DNA of 64,000 bases, from IMG/VR virus record IMGVR_UViG_3300015202_000003, positions 117,413 through 181,412 of that record; one strand, written 5' to 3'. Below are positions 57,440 through 64,000 of this stretch, piece by piece; position 1 is the first letter of the stretch, and each line of letters begins with the position of its first letter. Under the pieces are notes generated by a model that was not told the origin of the DNA, did no database searches, and saw only the letters and a program-made list of their open reading frames with translations. Origin of the DNA: a virus. The translations under genes were made by a program, and so were the position numbers.

Positions 57440-57958
57440 TTAATTTTTTAAAACTGTTTCAAATAGATTTTCACAGGGTAGAATTTGCTTGCATAGCCAC
57501 ACAGAAGAAAATGGAGGGCAAACTGAAGGTTTCTGTTCTTCGTAAGATTTAAAATAGGAGATTCTTTTGTTTAGCCACATGATTTCAAATTTATTTTTAC
57601 TAAACAAATTGAAACGTTTTTGACTTTCAAAAAGCCCTACAACTCCTACTAACATGGCAAAGGGTATATTTAATTCAAATAGTTTTTCAAACACTTCAAA
57701 TTTTTTACTGTAGGGGGGGTTGGAAATTATAATTTCTCCTTGGGGCTGAGTGGAGAAAAAATCTTCTCCATTTTTAATGTGTGTTGCGTTAACTTTTAAA
57801 TCTTTTTCTTTTAAAGTTTTTACGATTAAACTTTCTTCTGTATCAAAAGGACACCAGATAATTTTTTCTTTTGGTAAATATTTTAATAGGGGTTCTACTG
57901 CATATCTGGGTGTATAAAATTCGTCGTTTCCACTGTTAGCTATTTTATCCATTTTCAT
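57440..57958 (-). CDS. putative N6-adenine DNA methyltransferase (small phage type)
   Basis: DEFYTP, IWCPFD, GEDFF, IISNPPYS (motif IV). Confidence 0.75.
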   Translation of the reverse strand: MKMDKIANSGNDEFYTPRYAVEPLLKYLPKEKIIWCPFDTEESLIVKTLKEKDLKVNATHIKNGEDFFSTQPQGEIIISNPPYSKKFEVFEKLFELNIPFAMLVGVVGLFESQKRFNLFSKNKFEIMWLNKRISYFKSYEEQKPSVCPPFSSVWLCKQILPCENLFETVLKN

Positions 57959-58037
57959 AATTTAATTTCAAATAGTTTAGCAAATTAAAATAAATTGTAA
58001 GGGATAAAGACTAATTAAAGAACACAAAAATAAAATT

Positions 58038-58292
58038 ATGAAATCCATATCGGTTTCTGGTTCAACAACTACACATGGAGGTGAAATTTTTGGTTCTGGC
58101 AATTTATTAAAAATAAATTCTCTACCTGCTATTATTAACGGGGATGTATTTAATTGTCCAGATCACGGTTATCAAACTGTAATTTCATCTACAAACAAAA
58201 TTAAGATAAAGGGGGTTTCTGTCGTTCGAGATGGGGATTTTACAACTTGCGGAGCGCAAGTTATTTCTACTACTCGTTCTTCTTCTGATTAA
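58038..58292 (+). CDS. PAAR spike-tip protein
   Basis: TTHGG, GD.F.CP.HG, VVRDGD.T.CGA. Confidence 0.85.
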   Translation: MKSISVSGSTTTHGGEIFGSGNLLKINSLPAIINGDVFNCPDHGYQTVISSTNKIKIKGVSVVRDGDFTTCGAQVISTTRSSSD

Positions 58293-58306
58293 AACTTACG
58301 ATATAA

Positions 58307-58344
58307 AAAATTAAAATTGGAATCTTCGTTCTTATTTTAATTTT
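58307..58344 (+). promoter_or_regulatory. TCTTCG-loop hairpin motif, copy 7
   Basis: AAAATTAAAATTGGAA-TCTTCG-TTCTTATTTTAATTTT. Confidence 0.6.
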
Positions 58345-58387
58345 AGAGAAAAGTTTTTTAAAACATTAACATTTAGTTTTCCAATAA

Positions 58388-58401
58388 AGAACGAAGATTC
58401 T
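58388..58401 (-). promoter_or_regulatory. TCTTCG-loop hairpin motif, copy 8 (inverted)
   Basis: AGAACGAAGATTCT is the reverse complement of AGAATCTTCGTTCT; 13 nt before the gp25-like ATG. Confidence 0.6.
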
Positions 58402-58414
58402 AAATATAAAAGTT

Positions 58415-58768
58415 ATGAAAGGATTACAATACCTGTTTAATTTAAATTCCGGATACAATTATTCTGAATCTCAATATATTCAGTCTGGCATACGGGCGTT
58501 TTTAGACATACAATTTTTTGATTTATTTCATAAGCCTTGGGGGGTAGATTTGGATGCTTTAATTTTTGATTCTGTAGATGCTGTTTTTTTAGATTTTTTG
58601 GAGGAAAAGATAGCGAGTGCATTAAAACAATACGAACCAATCAATTTAAATTATATGCAATTTGATGAAGAGCCGAATCAACCTAACTCTTTAATTGTCA
58701 ATTTGTTTTATACTATTAACTCTACGGGACAGCAAGATTATTACTCATATATTTTGGATAGAAATTAG
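58415..58768 (+). CDS. baseplate wedge / sheath initiator (gp25-like)
   Basis: IQSGI..FL...WG.DL..LIFD...I..ALKQYEP.I; position between PAAR and gp6. Confidence 0.75.
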   Translation: MKGLQYLFNLNSGYNYSESQYIQSGIRAFLDIQFFDLFHKPWGVDLDALIFDSVDAVFLDFLEEKIASALKQYEPINLNYMQFDEEPNQPNSLIVNLFYTINSTGQQDYYSYILDRN

Positions 58769-58808
58769 AGAAAACAAGGTTGAATTGGTTTAATTAGATT
58801 TTTAAATT

Positions 58809-59009
58809 ATGAAGATGTTAGATGTAGTAGGGCATCATTACGGGATGCTTGAAGTTTTAAATTATAGCGGCCTCGGCAAAAAAGGAGCCGTTTTTTCTTG
58901 TAGGTGTGACTTTAGAAATATCATTTTACGAACAAGTTCTTCTCTTAAAAATAGCACAAGTTTTAATTTTACAAGTTTTCACAAGCTTTTAGAGTTTCGT
59001 TTATTTTAA
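58809..59009 (+). pseudogene. remnant of a homing endonuclease N-terminal domain
   Basis: DVVGHHYGMLEVL...FSCRCDFRN...SSLKN resembles D..G..FG.L.V...C.CDCG...L..G; it has lost a Cys and has no nuclease domain. Confidence 0.5.
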
Positions 59010-59013
59010 AATC

Positions 59014-60522
59014 ATGTCAACAACACCCTTAACTCGCTTGGACTTAACCTTATTAGAATATGACAATTTAAATGCTGAATTGTCGTCTTTAATTGCGACT
59101 CGAACTCCGTTTTGGAATAACCCTTCGTCATCTGATCCACTGATAATATTAATTAATCAAGTTTCGGCATTGGGTGATATGTTCCATTTTTTCATCGAAC
59201 AAAGGACAAATGAAATGATTTTAACAAGGTCACAGAGAAAAAAATCTGTGATTGATTTGGGAAAAGTTTTTGACTATCATTTAACACGTCCATTTACGAC
59301 GGTATATTCTTTAAATGTGAGAGCTAAAGCGTCTCGTTCTCCTACAACTTCTGCAACTCAAACTTTCCCTGTCGGAACAAAGTTCAATTCTAATCAAAAA
59401 TCTTTTATTTTAAAGCAGGAGTTAACGGCGGATTTTACAAGTTACCCTCCTCCTTCTGAGAAGGAGGGTAAAGAGGGGGTTTTAAAGGTTTACGAAGGAG
59501 TTTTTTATCAAGAAACTTTTTCTTTATCTCCGTTGGCTACGGATCAAAAAATTTATGAAATACCTTTGACGTATTCTAACATAAGCCAGAATTTTTTAAT
59601 TGTTAAAGTGAATGGAGTAGAGTGGCAAGAAGAAGATTTTTCTCCTTCCATTGAATTTAACACACAGAAATATATTATTGAAACGGACGAACAGGGTTTT
59701 TCAACTTTGGTTTTCAACGGTTTTAAATATGATTTGCCTCAAGATGTTAATTCCAGTTCAAGTTCTAAGGTAGAAGTTTCTTATGTTTCTACAACTGGTG
59801 TAGAGGGAATAATTACTAACGCTTCGGAAATAAATACTTTTGATTTGCCTTACGATGTTCCTGTCAATTTTTCTTCTGATTTTGAAATAGATTCTGTTAA
59901 TATAACATTAAAAGACCCGTATATTCCAGAAGCGGATTGGAAGCAAGCTAAATATAAAGTTTCTTCTTCTTTGTCTACTTTGTGGCGGGCGGTTAGTTTA
60001 AATGACTATGAAAAATTAACTTTAACTCTTCCTAAAATTTCATCCGTTAAAGCTATTCGTAAAGACGATAATCTAAATAGACACATAGCTCAAGTTTATA
60101 TAAATTCTGAGGGGGGTCAGTTAGAGGCTTACAATATGAAGGATGATGTTCAACAATTTTTATTGGATAGAAGCTGTGTAGGAGTAGGGGTAGAAGTTTT
60201 ACCTTCTTCTCCAAGAGATTTTTATTTAACAGTGGAAGCTAATTATTTAAGTCGTTACACAATTTCGCAGATACAACTAAGTTTAACTCAAAAAGCCATA
60301 GAAATTTCAAATTCTTTGGGTGTGGGTGAAACTTTAACTGTTGATAGGGTTTACGAAACTTTGAGTTTAGTTGAGGGTATCGTTTCTTTAAAAATAAATA
60401 CTATGAGTTTTGTAAAAGACAGCAATACAGTTTCTCATTTACAACCTTTGCCACAAGAAACTTTAACTTTAAAAAATAGCAATGTAAGAATTTTACCGGT
60501 GTTTATTAAAACGGCTGTTTAA
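59014..60522 (+). CDS. baseplate wedge protein (gp6 / baseplate J-like)
   Basis: TPFWN..SSDP..IL, SVIDLG..FDY, V.VNG.EW, RAVSLNDYEKL. Confidence 0.85.
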   Translation: MSTTPLTRLDLTLLEYDNLNAELSSLIATRTPFWNNPSSSDPLIILINQVSALGDMFHFFIEQRTNEMILTRSQRKKSVIDLGKVFDYHLTRPFTTVYSLNVRAKASRSPTTSATQTFPVGTKFNSNQKSFILKQELTADFTSYPPPSEKEGKEGVLKVYEGVFYQETFSLSPLATDQKIYEIPLTYSNISQNFLIVKVNGVEWQEEDFSPSIEFNTQKYIIETDEQGFSTLVFNGFKYDLPQDVNSSSSSKVEVSYVSTTGVEGIITNASEINTFDLPYDVPVNFSSDFEIDSVNITLKDPYIPEADWKQAKYKVSSSLSTLWRAVSLNDYEKLTLTLPKISSVKAIRKDDNLNRHIAQVYINSEGGQLEAYNMKDDVQQFLLDRSCVGVGVEVLPSSPRDFYLTVEANYLSRYTISQIQLSLTQKAIEISNSLGVGETLTVDRVYETLSLVEGIVSLKINTMSFVKDSNTVSHLQPLPQETLTLKNSNVRILPVFIKTAV

Positions 60523-60560
60523 AGATATAGAGATGTAGAGAGTTAGAATAAAAAATAACA

Positions 60561-61124
60561 ATGTCTAATAACCTAAAATTTGTTCATCCCAAAGCACAAA
60601 AAGCTTTGAAATTAGCTTTTAAAGAGTCTAATCTTAAATTAGTTGTTGTTCAAACAATGAGTTTAGGCGGCAACGATGCAGTTAAAGCAAGTGCGGGAAC
60701 ACATAACCAAGCGGGAACTTATAGAAATTTATTTGGAATTAATATTCCTTATTCTTCGTGTATAGATTTATCTGTTAACCAAGAAGCTACGAGAATTAGT
60801 GACGGCAAGGCAATTAAATTGGATGAAACTCATATTAAATGGGTTTTAATGAATTTGGCACAGGAAGGGTTTTGCGGATGGTTCCGAACATTTCAAGAAG
60901 GATTCTCGGCTCAACATATTCATGTTTGCTGTCCTCAAGCTCCTATTTCTGGATTGCCTTTGGAACAAGTTTTAGATTTTCTTACGGGAAAAGATGGTTT
61001 AAGGTATCATCGGAAAGAAGAGTTTTATTCTCCTTCAGAAGAATATGATAAGATAATTGTTCAAAAAATGTTGGAAGCCAATCCTCATCTAAAAGATAAA
61101 GTTCCACAGAAATTTAGGGTTTAA
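60561..61124 (+). CDS. putative zinc peptidoglycan peptidase (M15/LAS-like fold)
   Basis: ASAGTH...IDLS...GF.GW.R...HIH...QV.DF..G.DGL pattern, recalled from phage endolysin peptidase domains. Confidence 0.55.
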   Translation: MSNNLKFVHPKAQKALKLAFKESNLKLVVVQTMSLGGNDAVKASAGTHNQAGTYRNLFGINIPYSSCIDLSVNQEATRISDGKAIKLDETHIKWVLMNLAQEGFCGWFRTFQEGFSAQHIHVCCPQAPISGLPLEQVLDFLTGKDGLRYHRKEEFYSPSEEYDKIIVQKMLEANPHLKDKVPQKFRV

Positions 61125-61126
61125 TT

Positions 61127-61609
61127 ATGCCGAATCAAATAGCGCAGGGGACTACGGGTCAAGCTCTTCCTTGGCAAACTCAGGTTTATTTATATAATGC
61201 GGGTGATTCCAGAGAAGGGACGTGGGGGGTTTATCCTAACGACAACAATGTTCCAGTTTTATCTTCACAACCTTTTGGTTGGAATGTTACAATTGATGGT
61301 TTGATTACGGTTCCTTTTAACGGTAGAACAACTGATTATAGTGCTGTTATTTTCCAGAAAACTGGGGTAGATTCAAGCGGAAAAGATATAGTTCAAGCTA
61401 ACACTTATATTTTTAATGTTGTGCCTCCTTCTGTTATTGTAAATCCTCCGATTGTTTTAAATGTTCCGGGTGCGGAATCTTCTCCTTCTAATGTTGTATC
61501 TGTCACTCCAACAACTGCGGTTTCTGTTATACCTCCTGTAATTATCAATTCTTATGTAACAATTTTTCAAGCTTTAAGAGTTTTTGAAAAGTGTGTAAGA
61601 ATAGGTTAG
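61127..61609 (+). CDS. hypothetical beta-rich tail-associated protein
   Basis: Beta-rich with a P/V/S/T linker; ends CVRIG. Confidence 0.65.
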   Translation: MPNQIAQGTTGQALPWQTQVYLYNAGDSREGTWGVYPNDNNVPVLSSQPFGWNVTIDGLITVPFNGRTTDYSAVIFQKTGVDSSGKDIVQANTYIFNVVPPSVIVNPPIVLNVPGAESSPSNVVSVTPTTAVSVIPPVIINSYVTIFQALRVFEKCVRIG

Positions 61610-61623
61610 ATTTTTTAAGAAAC

Positions 61624-63504
61624 ATGAATCTAAATTTGGTTGTTACTCAGCCGGGACAAGCTGCAATAGAGATTTCTAATCTTGCCGTTGGAATTGACAC
61701 TATTTCAATTATAGATTCTTTTAGTAGTCACGCTGTTTATAGCGGATTAATTTCTCAGGCACCTTCTCCTTTAATAGTAACGGCATCTCCAAATTCTTTA
61801 GGACAAGTAGAGCTTTCAGTAACGGCAACTTCTTCTACAAACAATACAATTTCGGATTCTGGGGTGTTTTTAAAAGATACTTTTGCTCCTTTTTCTCCTG
61901 TAAACGATGTTAAATCTTCTGCTATTCAAATAAACACTGAAAGCGGGAGTTTAAACGGCACGACTCTTTACGCTAAAACTTTTGGAGACAGCAATAACTA
62001 CTACAATTTATGGTATAAGTTTGTCGCTCCTAAAAATGGGCGTTATTATTTTACAGTTTTAGGAGAAAATTCTTATGTTGGTTCTATACAAGGTTCAAAT
62101 GTTTCTTATGATTCTTCTTCCTCAGTTTCTACTTTAAATAATAGTAGCGGTCAACCTTATTTGGCTTCTAAAAAAAGAGCTTGTAATTTAGTTTCCGGGC
62201 AAATTTGTTACGTTGAAATTTTTTCGGCTTTTACAGTAGGACAATCTGTTCTTAATAACGCAATTCCTTGGGGTAGTTTTTCTTTATCTTGGTCTTTTAC
62301 GGGCGACCCTGATATATTTCTTTTGGTAGGTGCGGGCGGTTCCGTTCCAAATAACCTTAGATGTTTAAATACTCAAGGGCAAAATGTTTTAGACATTTCT
62401 GCTTTAGATGTTAGAGACGGAGGTGTTTTAAATACAAATTTCACACATTCTCCAGATGGAAGATATTTAGCTTATTCAACGGGTGTTCCCAATGTTTTTA
62501 ACAGTAGTCAAATTGTTATTTTTGACCGACAAACTCAAACCTCTAATTTTTTAAGTTATAGCATAAATGCAAGTGTTGTTGGTTTATCTAACGAACAGGG
62601 TTTTTGGGCTGAGAAAGTTGCAAACGGTAATTCTAATTGGGTTTTAATGTCTTGGTCTGGCGAAGAACGGTCTTCTATTTCTGCTGTTGATGGAAATGTT
62701 TTATCTTCTTCTTATTTTTTGTTGAGTTTTAGCGGTGTTATTTCTGGAAATGTTGCTCGTTATGTTTTAGATTCTTCTTTAGGTGCCCCTTTAAGGGAGT
62801 TTCTTTTCCCCAATACTTATACTATTTTATCGGCTTCTTCTGACGGTTCTGTTTTATTGGTTTTAGATTCTTCGGGAGGTTTTAAATTTGTATTTCCGTC
62901 TCTTGGAGATTTAATACAAAATACCACTCTTTCTTTGCTTTCTGAAAAAATAAAAGACGAACAAGGAAATGCTTTTACGAGCTTTGATTTTAGCAATAAT
63001 TATTGGTCTAAAGATTTGTTTGCGTGGTCTTCTTCTCATTTATATTTAATTGCAAAAAATAGTAGTGGCTCTCAAATTTTAAAAATTAGTTTGGGAGTTA
63101 GCCCTGTTATTACGAATAGGAGCGTTTATGCACCAGTTCCTTCCAACGACGAATATTGGAGTCCTCCTTTTGCTAAAATTCCTTTTACTTCTTTGGGTTT
63201 GAGCGTCAATAAAAATGTTTTGTGGGTAGGCCGTTCTTATTATTTTGGATACGGCTCGGGGGGGTGGATGTCAAACCGAACAACTGTTGAAAGAAGAAAC
63301 ACTACAGATTTAACATTAATAGATACTTTTCCTTATTCTACGGATTCTCTTAACCCCGTGATTGTTGGAACAAACCCTCATTCTTGGTATTTTCTTCTTC
63401 CGTATAACAATAATAGTAGTTCAGGCGGCGGTTCAAATAATACAACGGAAACTTCAACAGCACTTCAAACATCTTTAGAAGAGTATTGTGTTAGAATAGG
63501 ATAA
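61624..63504 (+). CDS. putative tail adhesin / receptor-binding protein (PPC-like plus beta-propeller)
   Basis: PVND...A..I...G...WYKFVAP..G.Y; SPDGRYLAY; Ser-rich; ends CVRIG. Start moved to ATG 61624. Confidence 0.6.
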   Translation: MNLNLVVTQPGQAAIEISNLAVGIDTISIIDSFSSHAVYSGLISQAPSPLIVTASPNSLGQVELSVTATSSTNNTISDSGVFLKDTFAPFSPVNDVKSSAIQINTESGSLNGTTLYAKTFGDSNNYYNLWYKFVAPKNGRYYFTVLGENSYVGSIQGSNVSYDSSSSVSTLNNSSGQPYLASKKRACNLVSGQICYVEIFSAFTVGQSVLNNAIPWGSFSLSWSFTGDPDIFLLVGAGGSVPNNLRCLNTQGQNVLDISALDVRDGGVLNTNFTHSPDGRYLAYSTGVPNVFNSSQIVIFDRQTQTSNFLSYSINASVVGLSNEQGFWAEKVANGNSNWVLMSWSGEERSSISAVDGNVLSSSYFLLSFSGVISGNVARYVLDSSLGAPLREFLFPNTYTILSASSDGSVLLVLDSSGGFKFVFPSLGDLIQNTTLSLLSEKIKDEQGNAFTSFDFSNNYWSKDLFAWSSSHLYLIAKNSSGSQILKISLGVSPVITNRSVYAPVPSNDEYWSPPFAKIPFTSLGLSVNKNVLWVGRSYYFGYGSGGWMSNRTTVERRNTTDLTLIDTFPYSTDSLNPVIVGTNPHSWYFLLPYNNNSSSGGGSNNTTETSTALQTSLEEYCVRIG

Positions 63505-63518
63505 AATTTAATTTTAAA

Positions 63519-64000
63519 ATGACGGAATCTCCTTCTTCTAATGTAGCTCATACAACTCCCCAACTCCCTTTGTCTTCAATTGTATTAGGCCGATGGGAGG
63601 GGGGTTTATTTTACGAACAGATGCCACCAAAATGGTCAGAAGATGGAGCTTCTGCTTTACATTTAAGTTCTTATTGTTCTATTATAGGAAGGGGTTTGGA
63701 TAGAATAGAGCAATCTATTGATGCAACGAGAGACTATGTGTTTCTCCAAAATAAATTTTATTTAGAGGCTTTTTTAGAGCATTTGGGGTATGAAGATTTA
63801 CCAAATTATTTTACAACTGATGATTTAAGACTTTTTGCTCCTGTTTTGTTACAATGTCATAAACTAAAAGGAACATTAGTTCCTTTGGAGAACATAACTC
63901 AATTTGTTTTTCGGGATGCTCCTTTAGGTTTTTTTTATGTAATAGACCCTCCTGATTTGAACAGTAATTTAAACATAGAAGTTTCTATGCCTGTTTTAGA
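63519..64000 (+). CDS. baseplate protein (P2 gpI / gp7-like), 3'-truncated by the window
   Basis: Open from ATG 63519 to the window end: MTESPSSN...LEAFLEHLGY...LRLF...HKLKGT. Confidence 0.65.
   Translation, partial: MTESPSSNVAHTTPQLPLSSIVLGRWEGGLFYEQMPPKWSEDGASALHLSSYCSIIGRGLDRIEQSIDATRDYVFLQNKFYLEAFLEHLGYEDLPNYFTTDDLRLFAPVLLQCHKLKGTLVPLENITQFVFRDAPLGFFYVIDPPDLNSNLNIEVSMPVL

Noticed and set aside
43016-60522. Reading the sheath, tube, spike and PAAR block as a T6SS, eCIS or tailocin
   Set aside because: Terminase, portal, protease, capsid and neck genes are contiguous with it, so this is a complete phage.
4849-61048. Short alternative-frame plus-strand ORFs (4849, 24181, 28559, 28862, 60839)
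   Set aside because: They are nested within well-supported genes, often in low-complexity DNA, with no independent evidence.
11740-61623. Track start sites at 11740, 18505 and 61591 (and 42 for the first ORF)
   Set aside because: The first three overlap upstream genes, and ATGs at 11773, 18556 and 61624 fit paralogues or A-rich leaders better. The first ORF is open to the window edge.
1-64000. TAG reassignment (alternative genetic code)
   Set aside because: Core genes are intact in code 11, the TAG ends checked are followed closely by other stops, and the CVRIG proteins end at the same residue with TAG and TAA.
1-64000. CRISPR array, tRNA or rRNA genes
   Set aside because: No regularly spaced repeat-spacer units or cloverleaf motifs were seen, and intergenic gaps are short. 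A tRNAscan/Infernal run would confirm.

Overview
This is 64 kb of an AT-rich, densely coding, almost entirely plus-strand genome segment from a large T4-like (jumbo-type) myophage, covering the virion morphogenesis module. It opens with a cluster of unannotated paralogous proteins sharing an N-terminal leader, two carrying ADP-ribosyltransferase-like domains. These flank a large terminase with two inteins. Next come a gp20-like portal with a third intein, an array of unknown paralogues and a tandem double-AAA+ MoxR-like ATPase / HExxH metallopeptidase / vWA cluster. The head genes follow: gp21-like protease-scaffold, gp23-like major capsid, putative core proteins and neck. The tail genes are sheath, tube, a gp26/gp51-like chaperone pair, a tape measure with CHAP-like and SLT domains, and baseplate genes (gp53, hub, gp5, PAAR, gp25, gp6, gp7/P2-I-like). 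The baseplate block is interrupted by an HNH gene, an HNH remnant and a reversed adenine MTase. Best candidates for new biology: (1) a modular, probably capsid-packaged effector family with a shared leader and swappable payloads; (2) the double-AAA MoxR-peptidase-vWA machine in the head operon; (3) a dispersed intergenic hairpin GA(A/G)TCTTCG(T/C)TC with covariation; (4) a probable +1/-2 frameshift in the tail chaperone pair. Genome-wide signatures are no TGA stops, no Shine-Dalgarno sites, and apparent avoidance of CCWGG and GTAC. All calls come from motif recognition by eye; no database searches were run.
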